From Mustelus asterias (Eukaryota): a stretch of 64,000 nt of DNA. Under the pieces are notes generated by a model. That model ran no database searches. It was not told the origin of the DNA and saw nothing but the letters and a program-made list of their open reading frames with translations. This document shows positions 1 through 10,625 of this stretch, piece by piece (the stretch's first letter is position 1; each line of letters begins with the position of its first letter). The stretch spans positions 57,102,001 through 57,166,000 of the forward strand of contig NC_135810.1 in the NCBI RefSeq assembly GCF_964213995.1, written 5' to 3'. Made by a program: the position numbers and the translations under genes.

Positions 1-495
1 CCAGATCATTCTCTGGTTGGCGGTGGGGCGGGGGGGGGGGCGGGGGGGGGGGGGAGGAGCGGGGAGGAGGAGGCGGGTCAGGTCAGATCACTCTCTGGTG
101 TGGGAGGGGGAGGAGGGAGGCCAGAGCATTCTCTGGTGGGGGGGAGGAGGGAGGCCAGATCATTCCCTGGTGGGAGTGGGAGGTCAGATCATTCTCTGGT
201 GGGGTGGGGGGGGGGGGGAGGGCTGGGAGGAGGGAGGCCCGATCGTTCTCTGGTGAGGTGGGGGAGGAGGAGGCGGATCAGATCATTTTCTGGTGGGGGG
301 GGAAAGAGGGCCTGATGCATCTCTGGTGGGGGGGGGAAAGGAGGGAGGCCTGGTCGTTCTCTGTGGTGGTGGGGGGGGGGGGGGGGGGTGGGGAGGCCTG
401 ATCATTCTCTGGTGGGGGTGGGAGGAGGAGGGCCAGACTTATCTCTGGTGGGGGGGGGAGAGAAGGAGGCCAGATCATTCTCTGGTGGGGGAGGC
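1..495 (+). repeat. G-rich degenerate tandem repeat, core ggccagatcattctctggtg followed by G-runs
   Basis: Core recurs about every 35-45 bp, separated by poly-G/aggag tracts. Confidence 0.9.
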
Positions 496-932
496 ACGGG
501 GGAATACAGGAGCAGGGGAGTCCGCTGCCACTCTTCGAGCAATCGGTGGCGGGGGGGAAGTGGGACGGGGGATCGCAATCGGTCTGGGTAGCGGGGGGGG
601 GGAGGGGTGGGTGGATAAGGGGGACAGTTATATTGTGGGGGTGAGGCTCCAGCTTTTCGCTCCCAGGCCACTTTATCTGCTTTTTGCGGCCCGGGAGCGA
701 TGTGACAGGGGAGCGTCTTTCAATTTTTTTTTTCACTGCGCATGCGCTGTTCAAAGCTCCGATCGGAGCAGCAGCGTTTCGGGCGTGATTAGCCCCGCCC
801 ACAGCGCGATTCAGACTTGCGACTTTTTCTTCAGGCTGAGTGTGTATGGGGGCACCTGAGGGCAGGGTTTACAATTCGGATCTGAATCACGCCCAGATTC
901 AGCACTTAGAATCAAAATGGTAAAATAGGGCC
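1..932. mobile_element. Terminal part of a PIF/Harbinger-like DNA transposon (runs off the window start)
   Basis: Ends in ...atggtaaaatagggccc, the reverse complement of a GGGCCCTATTTT-type TIR resembling other GGG-C..ATT TIRs in the window; shares the cactgcgcatgcgc motif and G-rich gatc repeats with the elements at 48167 and 56004. Confidence 0.6.
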
Positions 933-1081
933 CCTCGACTCTGTGTTCTGTTTTGTAGCTAGTTTGCCATGTGTTCTGCTACTTGCCCCCAACTCCAATT
1001 GCTTCAGCCATAGTCACAAGCTTACTATGCTGCACCTGAATCTAACAACTATTACACACATTCCATTACCCTTGTCTACTC

Positions 1082-1835
1082 AGTTAATGATAGGGCGTTG
1101 GGGAGAGTTACAGAACAAAGAGATCTAGGGGTACATGTTCATAGCTCCTTGAAAGTGGAGTCACAGGTGGACAGAGTGGTGAAGAAGGCATTCGGCATGC
1201 TTGGTTTCATCGGTCAGAACATTGAATACTGGAGTTGGGACGTCTTGTTGAAGTTGTACAAGACATTGGCAAGGCCACACTTGGAATACTGTGTGCAATT
1301 CTGGTCACCCTATTATAGAAAGGATATTATTAAACTAGAAAGAGTACAGAAAAGATTTACTAGGATGCTACCGGGACTTGATGGATTGAGTTATAAGGAG
1401 AGGCTGAATAGACTGGAACCTTTTTCTCTGGAGTGTAGGAGGCTGAGGGGTGACCTTCTAGAGGTCTATAAAATAATGAGGGGCATAGACAAGGTAGATG
1501 GTCAATATCTTTTCCCAAAGGTAGGGGAGTCTAAAACTAGAGGGCATAGGTTTAAGGTGAGAGGGGAGAGATACAAAAGTGTCCAGAGGGGCAATTTTTT
1601 CACACAGAGGGTGGTGAGTGTCTGGAACAAGCTGCCAGAGGTAGTAGTGGAGGCGGGTACAATTTTATCTTTTAAAAAGCATTTAGATAGTTACATGGGT
1701 ACGATGGGTATAGAGGGATATGGGCCAAATACGGGCAATTGGGATTAGCTTAGGGGTTTTTCAAAAATAATAAGGGCGGCATGGACAAGTTGGGCCGAAG
1801 GGCCTGTTTTCATGCTGTAAACCTCTATGACTCTA
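1082..1835 (+). mobile_element. 5'-truncated CR1 LINE (ORF2 C-terminus, 3'UTR, ctctatga tail)
   Basis: ORF 1098..1748 has RPHLEYCVQFWSP and LERVQKRFTRM; direct repeat ttgtctactc at 1072-1081 and 1836-1845 (TSD). Confidence 0.95.
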
Positions 1836-3221
1836 TTGTCTACTCTTTCAGTTGCATCAATATTCCATCAGTTTTGTACCTGAGCTGCGTCTGCTCACTG
1901 ATTTTCAGCAGCGTGCCCTGGAGCTGGCAGGGTAAGCAGAGCAGTGCATGGTGACTGACAGCCAGGTTGGCATCCTATATGCAAGTGAGCAACAGCTAAA
2001 CCCTATTCCTCAGGATAAGTGCTTTAAGGAGTCAGGAGACAAGTCACTGCCTGCGCACTACTTCTGAGCTGTTCTCATAGCCACAGTTTATAGATTGGTC
2101 ACTGGTTAAAATTAGAGTGTGCACAATAAATTAAACACATCGCTTACATTTCTCAGGCTCTGTTGTTCTTCCCTCCGTTTTCGCTGTAAAACAGAGCTTT
2201 GGATTTTCACTTGTGCTTACTTTACTACTGATTCCCACACTCTTTTCAAATGCTCTGCTTATCCCGTGCTCTTTGCTGCTATGACAATTCTCACGCTCTT
2301 TTAAATGCTTTCCTCTTTCAGTGCTGTTATGAGTTGTTAGCAACCCTATTAGGCTTGTGCTCTACATTCCAGATTAATATGTCATTATATCCTGGGATTC
2401 TCACTGCGTGGTCAACCATCTGAATTTACTGGGAAAATTTCTGCTTAAAATGATGTGGCTGTTGGGAACTTTGCATTAACATCGTCACCGTCTGCTCAAA
2501 TTATGTCACAAATATAACCAATGCCATATTGTGTTGGGTGATATTTAATGCCTCAATTGGGCATTATATTCTTTGAATGAGCTAATGAGGGATCTGATGC
2601 TTAACTCATGGCTTCATTACTAAATTCAGTACCAATAAATGAACCACGGAGCCAGGCATAGTCCACTCAAATTCTCCATTGGCCTCGAGTGGGATTTTAT
2701 GAGCATCACCCAAACGAGGTCGTAAAATCCCGGTGAATGTCACAGACCATGTCTGTATATTTTATTGTTGTCCATAATCAAAGAGTTTTTATGTATGAGA
2801 TTAATGTTTTTTCTTATCCTCGGTGTGATTTGTCCCAATTTAAGTGACTTCCAGCAGGTTTTTGTGAATTTAGAAATAAAAAAGATGATTTTAACCTGAG
2901 GCTTAAAATGTGATGTCTTATGCACGCTATCACACACACAAAGATTAGATACTGTTGAATACAAACAATACAGTTATAATCTTGAATTATTTCAGACTCT
3001 TTCATAGTCGTCCTATAGATTCGTGAATGAGTTGATGCTTTAGCTGGAGTGGATATCTTGTAAAAGCAGAACGTTCTCAACAGGCTGTGAGGCTCCTTGT
3101 AATAAAATTGTCAGGAAGTCGGATCTCAGATGAACTTGAGGTTCTACAAGGTTGTGGGGGTGGGGGGGGGGGGGTGGGGGGGTGAAGGAAAAGTTCTCCC
3201 ACCTTAAAGGTATTGCTGTAT

Positions 3222-3790
3222 ATTAGATTAGATTAGATGAGATGAGATTAGATTAGATTAGATTTGATTTAATTAAAAATATTGTTTCCTGCGCGCTATA
3301 CAGACAAAGCATGCCGTACATAGAGGAGGGAAGGAGAGAGTGCAGAATGTAGTGTTACAGTCATAGCTAAGGTGTAGAGAAAGATCAACTTAATACGAGG
3401 TAGACCCATTCAAAAGTCTGATGGCAGCAGGGTAGAAGCTGTTCTTGAGTCGGTTGGAACTTGTCCTCAGACTTTTGTATTTTTTTCCCAACAGAAGAAG
3501 GTGGAAGAGAGTATGTCCAGGGTGCATGGGGTCCTTAATTATGCTGGCTGCTTTTTCTAGGCAGCGGGAAGTGTATTTTTTTCCCAACAGAAGAAGGTGG
3601 AAGAGAGTATGTCCAGGGTGCAAGGGGTCCTTAATTATGCTGGCTGCTTTTTCTAGGCAGCGGGAAGTGTAGACAATGCCAATGGATGGGAGGCTGGTTT
3701 GCGTGATGGACTGGGCTTCTTTCATGACCCTTGGGCAGAGCAGGAGCCATACCAAGCTGTGATACAACCAGAAAGAATGCTTTCTATGCT
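3222..3790 (-). mobile_element. Rex1/Babar-type LINE 3' fragment
   Basis: ORF 3390..3767 ends RLKNSFYPAAIRLLN and has IIKDP.HPGH.LF.LL; (tctaa/tcaaa)n tail at 3222-3268. Confidence 0.85.
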
Positions 3791-3975
3791 ATTACCTTGG
3801 CTGCATAGTTGTTTTGCAGCTGGGTTTGATTGCTTAGATAATGTTTCTGATGGTATCTGTCTCAGAACAGCTTCGGATATTATATTTTAAAAGCAGGCTG
3901 TCTTACCCATGTGACCTGTTACAAGTTCAAAGTCCTTTTCCAAATGTAATGGTGTGTTGAATTAGTAAACATCAT

Positions 3976-4103
3976 GCAGCAAATTTTCCCATTCCGTCCG
4001 CCAAGGGAATTGTAGCGGGTGAGGGGCAGACTATGGAAAGGTTCATTGACCTTGGGCGGGATTTTTCGGTTTCAGGGCGAGCGTGGCCGGAAAATCCAAC
4101 CCC
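3976..4103. mobile_element. ~130-bp Harbinger-type MITE
   Basis: Ends ..aaattttccc / ggaaaatccaaccc; internal similarity to copies at 22405 and 53452. Confidence 0.65.
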
Positions 4104-4639
4104 ATATGTTGCGGTTTTTCACACCCTAAGAATTTCAGTCGGTCAAGGTCTTTACATTTGGGGTGAGGAGCCATCACAATACAATGAAATGTCGATGAGA
4201 TCCATTCATATTTGTCTAGCACCCACAGAGTTTTGATGTTTCTATTGTCCGTCGTCCTTTCTGATGATGGTCTATCCTTAACAAAAGGGATGTGTGAAGT
4301 TCACAAGTGGCTGGGATTGTCCATATTTTAATTAGATATTTGTTTGAGTTTCAGGACTGTCTGGAGTTGGATACTGCCAAAACAAATGGTTTACTACAAC
4401 CACCTAAAACAACTTTTCCGGTCCACTTTTAAAAACATAGCTTTAAGGTTTGTAATATATTCATGCCTGTACTGGGCATCTCATCAATCTTTCAGGGTTT
4501 CCAAGGCTGAACCAATGGGCCTTAAATGAGTAGCAGGAGGCCTCCAACAAAACAGCAAGCTCTTTTCAATTTGCCAAGTGTAGAACTGGAAGAAAATAAA
4601 TATTTTCATGTCCATACTCTCCCAGGACTTAACTGAAGA

Positions 4640-4808
4640 GAAAACAGCTGATGTTTTGAGTCCAGATGACCCTTTGTCAAAGCTTTTACAAAGCGTCATC
4701 GGACTCGAAATGTCAATTCTTTTCTCTCCTTACAGACCTGCTGAGATTGTCCAGCATTTTCTCTTTTGGTTTCAGATTCCAGCATCTGCAGTAATTTGCT
4801 TTTTTTTT
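4640..4808. mobile_element. Short palindromic Penelope-derived element
   Basis: Inverted arms around aagctt (4680-4685); 13-bp TSD acttaactgaaga at 4627-4639 and 4809-4821. Confidence 0.75.
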
Positions 4809-5395
4809 ACTTAACTGAAGAAGGCTGTCAACATCAAATTGGTTCAAACGGTCTAAATAAGCCTGGAGCTGCCTCTGCATTTCCAGTTGACATTTGCAAC
4901 TTGTTAGAATTATGGTGACAATGTTTAAAGTTCAACTTGGGACAAGCATCAAGCCTTCAGCTTCTGACACAGATGTCAAACCTTAACAATCTCATACCTC
5001 AAAATGGCCCTTAATCAATTTTCCCTGATGGAGCTTCGACTACGAGAAATCTCAAAATATGAAAGTATTTATTATGTAATGAAGGGTTAATGTTACTTAA
5101 ATCAAATGACTTATTTCATTCAACATTTATCCCTTGAAATCCTTATAGCTAAAGTTTCTACTGATGTGAATGCCATTTTTGTGGCTTTTTCTTTCATTTA
5201 AAACAAAATTAAGTGTTCACAGAAATGAGTTTGAGTAAATGTCCATCCAGTTCCCTTGAGATATGTGTCCAGAACAAAGAATGTCACAAAACCCAGTATA
5301 ACTGGCACCAATTAAGCAGTCTCATTGAGAGGAATCTCACCAGAATAATGCGGAAATAGAAAAGTCACGCTGGGTACAATAGAGTTTGTTCTCTT

Positions 5396-5494
5396 GAAAT
5401 AAAAACAGAAAATGTTGGAAAAACTCAGCAGGTCTGGCAGCATCTGTGGAGGGAGAAATGTTAATATTTTGAGTCCATTTGGCGCTTCTTCAGG
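5396..5494 (-). mobile_element. Fragment of the same Penelope-derived short repeat family
   Basis: aaaactcagcaggtctggcagcatctgtgga matches 44025-44051; minus strand has a degenerate CTGAAGA...gactc core. Confidence 0.6.
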
Positions 5495-5624
5495 TGTTGT
5501 TTTGGTACTTTGTTTTTTTGAGGTTAGGAAGATTATGAGGACAACCACACTTTTTTGGGAGGAAGAAGGAAATTTGCACAAAATAACAAAGCTTTAAAAG
5601 GAATATAATAGCAGCAAAGACCTC

Positions 5625-5819
5625 GGGTGGGATTTTCCAGCTGTTCCCGCCAGCAGTATCTTCTGGTCCCGCCGACATTGACTCCTCATCTCAGTTTCCC
5701 TCGCAACAGAGGGTTCGAACAATGGGAAGCCTCACTGACAGCAGTGGAAGATCCCATCACCTGCTAATGGCGGCCACCGCTGCAAAGCATGCCATGGGAG
5801 GTGTGGAAAATCCCAGCCC
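5625..5819. mobile_element. ~195-bp Harbinger-type MITE
   Basis: TIRs gggtgggattttcca / tggaaaatcccagccc; related copy at 51437-51646. Confidence 0.7.
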
Positions 5820-5870
5820 TGGTTCAGATAAATATCGTTAAAATTGAGAAGACAAATAATGTTGAAGACT

Positions 5871-6218
5871 GGGCGGCACGATAGCACAGTGGTTAGCACT
5901 GCTGCTTCACAGCTCCAGGGACCTGGGTTCGATTCCCAGCTTGGGTCACTGTCTGTGTGGATCTTGCACATTCTCCTCATGTCTGCGTGGGTTTCCTCTG
6001 GGTGCTCCGGTTTCCTCCCACAGTCCAAAGATGTGCGGGTTAGGTCGATTGGCCATGCTAAAATTGTCCCTTAGTGTCCTGAGATCCATGGGTTAGAGGG
6101 ATTAGTGGGTAAATATGTAGGGATATGGAGGTAGGGCCTGAGTGGGATTGTGGCCGGTGCAGACTCCTCGGGCCCAATGGCCTCTTTCTGCACTGTAGGG
6201 TTTCTATGATTCTATGAT
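5871..6218 (+). mobile_element. HE1-like V-SINE (tRNA head, V domain, CR1-derived tail)
   Basis: A box tagcacagtgg, B box gggttcgattcc, V-domain gtctgcgtgggtttcctc, (ttctatga)n tail. Confidence 0.92.
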
Positions 6219-6407
6219 GACTGGCAGCTGTGTTTCTGGGGACCTCAGAGGCAGGCTGAAATGCATCATCCACCTGGAAATTTTGGTTGAAGATGGTTGC
6301 AAATTCTTCAGCCTTATCTTTTACGCTGATGTGCTGGGCTCCCCTGTAACTGAAGATGGGGATATTTGTGAAGCCTCCTCCTCAACTTCCATTTATATAA
6401 CATGAGT

Positions 6408-8192
6408 ACAAAGAACAAAGAACAATACAGCACAGGAACAGGCCCTTCGGCCCTCCAAGCCTGCACCGATCATGTGTTCCTAACTAGACCATCCGTTTGT
6501 ATCCCTCTACTCCCAGTCTGTTCATGTGGCTATCTAGATAAGTCTTAAATGATCCTAGCGTGTCTGCCTCAACCACCTTGCTTGGCAGTGCATTCCAGGC
6601 CCCCACCATCCTCTGTGTAAAATATGTCGCCCGCATATCCCTATTGAACCTTACCCCCCCTTACCTTGAACTTGTGACCCCTCGTGTTTGTCATTTCTGA
6701 CCTGGGAAAAAGCTTCCAACTGTTCACCCTATCTATGCCCTTCATAATTTTATAAACTTCTATGAGGTCGCCCCTCAACCTCTGTCTTTCCAGGGAGAAC
6801 AACCCAACTTACTCAATCTCACCTCAAAGCTAATACCCTCCATACCAGGAACATCCTGGTAAACCTTTTCTGCACTCTCTCCAAAGCCTCAATGCCCTTC
6901 TGGTAGTGTGGCGACCAGAACTGGACGCAGTATTCCAAATGTGGCTGAACCAACGTTCTATATAACTGCAACATCATATGCCAACTTTTATACTCTATGC
7001 CCCATCCAATAAAGGCAAGCATGCCATATGCCTTCTTCACCACCTTTTCCACCTGTGCTGTCACCTTTAAGGATCTGTGGACTTGCACACCCAGATCCCT
7101 CTGTGTGTCTATACTCCTGATGGTTCTGCCATTTATTGTATGGCTCCCCCCTGCATTAGATCTACCAAAATGCATCACTTTGCATTTATCTGGATTAAAT
7201 TCCATCTGCCATTTCTCCGCCCAATTTTCCAGCCTATCTATATCCTGCTGTATTCTCTGACAATGTTCATCACTATCCGCAACTCCAGCAATCTTTGTGT
7301 CGTCTGCAAACTTACTAATCAGACCAGCTACATCTTCTTCCAAATCATTTATATATATCACAAACAGCAGAGGTCCCAGTACAGAGCCCTGCGGAACACC
7401 ACTAGTCGCAGACCTCCAATCAGAAAAAGACCCCTCCACTGCTACCCTCTGTCTTCTGTGGCCAAGCCAGTTCTGTACCCATCTAGCTAGTTCACCTTTG
7501 ATCCCGTGAGATTTAACCTTTTGCACCAGCCTGCCATGAAGGACCTTGTCAAATGCTTTACTAAAATCCATGTACATGACATCCATGGCCCTTCCCTCAT
7601 CAATCATTTTTGTCACCTCCTCAAAAAACTCAACCAAATTTGTGAGGCATGACCTCCCTCGTACAAAACCATGTTGTCTATTGCTAATGAGGCTATTCAG
7701 TTCTAAATGTGTATAGATCCTATCTCTAAGAATCTTCTCCAACAAATTCCCTACCACGGACGTCAAGCTCACTGGCCTATAATTACCCGGGTTATCCTTG
7801 CTACCCTTCTTAAATAACGGGACCACATTTGCTATCCTCCAATCCTCTGGGACCTCACCTGTGTCCAATGAAGAAACAAAGATTTCTGTTAGAGGCCCAG
7901 CAATTTCATTTCTTGTCTCTCTCAATAATCTAGGACAGATGCCATCTGGCCCTGGGGATTTGTCTACCTTAATGCTTCCTAAAACACCTACCACTTCCTC
8001 CCTTGTAATTGCGATTTGTTCTGACGTGTCCCTCTCCTTTGTGAATACTGATACAAAGTATTCATTTAGGATCTCACCTACTTCCTCGGGTTCTAAGCAT
8101 AATTCCCCTCCTTTGTTCTTGAGAGGTCCAACTCTTTCTCTGACAACCCTCTTGTTCCTAACGTATGTATAAAATGCCTTGGGATTCTCCTT
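6408..8192 (-). mobile_element. 5'-truncated CR1 LINE with RT domain
   Basis: ORF 6819..7994: [35 protein letters not shown]; (ttctttg)n tail at the left end. Confidence 0.96.
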
Positions 8193-8374
8193 TTGTATAC
8201 AACATTAGAGAATCTTTCAGTGGATGAGGTCAAAACTCTGCTGTCCTGCCATACCCTGTCCCTAATGCTGGGCTGGAGGGGTGAGGGGGCAGGGGTGTTG
8301 GGGGTCCATTAAGCAACCAATAGGAAAAGGAGGATATCCCACATTTATTACCATTATCAGTAATGATTAACACA

Positions 8375-8605
8375 TGAGTCTAAAAGGTAACTTTGAAGCC
8401 TTCTCAACCTTCTTCAGCCAGAACTGTCCAGTAGCTGATCATTCTGTATTATCTCCTGAAGTCCCCAGCATCATAGCTACCCGTCTTTGGTCCATTTAAT
8501 TGACACTGACATGAAGAAAATGATGTGTACATGACAGAGCTTGTCCTGATAACATTCTGGCTGTAATCCTGAAGAGCTGTACTTCAGAACTAGGGGTGCC
8601 TCTAG
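8375..8605 (+). mobile_element. Old CR1-clade LINE internal fragment
   Basis: Degenerate ttcagccagaa...gaagtccccagcatc...ctgataacattctggc; same old lineage as 6240-6385, 26085-26610 and 58125-58535. Confidence 0.5.
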
Positions 8606-8635
8606 ATCTCTGATAGCCTTGCACTACTCAGGGCT

Positions 8636-8725
8636 ATGATAACCAATTGCATCATCAGTTTGGACCAGGAAAAGACCTTTGATAGGATATTACACTTTTA
8701 CATGATGGATATGCTCTTCAAAATG
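8636..8725 (+). mobile_element. Tx1/L1-clade RT fragment
   Basis: Translates IISLDQEKTFDRILHFYMMDML, matching the SLDQEKAFDRV.H motif. Confidence 0.65.
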
Positions 8726-8727
8726 CA

Positions 8728-9448
8728 GCTTTGGACTTTTAACAGCAAATCCAATTTAGGATTTATACCAACCCCTTTTGGATTTATTTGCCTTGACTGC
8801 TGTACAAACTGTTCACAATTGCTTTAACTCTCGATTCTTAGTGTCCAGTAAAGTGGCATTAAATGTTTCATTTACCTCTGAGTCTGCTTACCACTTTAAA
8901 TCTGGTTACTGCAGTTGTCTCTTTAACTTAGAATACTTTGTTTACTCTTCCTTGAATTATTCTGTTAAATACCTTTGTCTTTGTTCTTTTAACTCCTTTC
9001 ATCTTATACATTTTTTCTGTTCCAATTCCCTGGTTATTTGGACTGTAACTTGTTCCTTAGGAAGCTTACAACTTTGCAATTCCCTTGCCCTGTCTAGCTT
9101 CTCCTGGTAGAGTTGAGAAAGGTTCACTTCCCAGTACCCTGTCACCAACTGCAGCATATCCAGCTAAAACGAAAGCTTTTTTGACGTTACAAGGGTCTCC
9201 AGTTGCTAAGCAGTGACTGTTACTTATATTTATTCTTCATGTTGTAGCTTTCTCTAAGCATAGCAGAAACACAGTTGGAACTTAATCAACCCCTATATAT
9301 ATAAACACCTTTGTCCCCATGAATCTAACTATAGGTTTTACTCTTCCAGGCACAAAACACTAAATTAAACTCACTTAAAATTATTCCTTATTCCTAATGT
9401 TCACCAATACAAATGCAAATCCCTTAAAACTACTTTTGTTGTCCTAAC
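8728..9448 (-). repeat. 3' LTR (distal part lost)
   Basis: Colinear with ~21010-21737 (e.g. aaactgttcacaattgctttaactctc, ttactgcagttgtctctttaact); abuts PPT ctttcaaagggggagg on the minus strand. Confidence 0.85.
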
Positions 9449-10625
9449 CCCTCCCCCTTTGAAAGAAATAACTCTTCATAAATATGAAGATTTCTTTACA
9501 TTGGTGTTACATCAAGCTTATGCAAACTTAACATGACAAATATTTAATCACATAACTAATTACATCATACAAGTACAGTGTTCTTAGTTTACAATTACAC
9601 ACCATAATATTTGATTACAATGGTTTAATCAAAACAAAGGCAATAACTTTAACAGCATCATCAGAATCTGTACATGGTAACATTATCATAACTTAAGTCT
9701 TGCATTTCTTTTTCTTCTGATTTTCAGTTTTCAACTCAAAAAAGAATGTTTCATTTAAGTCTGCAGAGCAATACAATTGTCCTTTTCATCACTTGTAGGC
9801 ATAATTCCTCTCTCAAGCCCACTTTCCAAATTCACTTGTGGTAAATGTCCATTTCGATTTAGCACAGCCAAAATGTAATTTTTGTGCATTACCATCTCCT
9901 TCTATGGTCGAAATGTCTTTTCTCTATTTTAAGAACTTTGTTAAGATGCTTCTTATGTTCATTCAAAATAGTATACTCTTACTCTGCTTGTCCTTTAAAC
10001 CTTTTGTGAATGTTGTTTCTCCCAGTCCTACTTCAAACGAGTTCATTTCAATTCTGTTTGTGTCATGTCAATCATTTGCTCTCTCTGAAGTTTCATAGTT
10101 CATTCGAATCCTTCAACTTTTTTGCACAGTTTCTGAACTATCTCATTCCAGTTCTCAATAGAGTTTGAATGGTCTTTGGCAAACAGTTAACTTGTCTTTC
10201 TTCCAGCTACCACATCTTATGTAGTATCACCGACAAGCATTTTTCAGTCAGAGTCTCTGGTCATTGACTCAGGAAGATCAGTTTGTTCTTTCAATACCTT
10301 TGGTTGACAATTTGCAATTTCCAGTTTTGCAGGTACTTTGGTTGTTTTCTTATTGTCCATTACTGACTTTAATACATCAGTAATATTACTTGGATCAGTT
10401 TTTTGCTAAACTGGATCACTATGCAAAGTGAGCTTTTATTTACAGGAACAACCTTTGAATTGCAACACTCTGTACCATCCACATTCTTCATTTCCTCCAT
10501 TTTGCTTTGTAGTTCAAAAATCTCAATGTTCTTCTCATGACGAAGTTCTGACAGTTTGTTAGTTTTGTTTCTTAATTCTGCATTCAACCAATTATTCTGA
10601 TTTACGAGAAGTTCCTTTTCTTGTT

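Noticed and set aside
17-859. Gly/Pro-rich ORFs (also 48396-48899, 50003-50779, 56213-56876)
   Set aside because: Artefacts of G/C-run repeats inside Harbinger-like elements
2691-2731. Small inverted repeat gggattttatga...tcgtaaaatccc
   Set aside because: Looks like the internal hairpin of the Harbinger MITE family; too short to call separately and not a terminator
5871-5945. tRNA-like sequence with A and B boxes
   Set aside because: SINE head continuing into the V domain, not a tRNA gene; same for all copies
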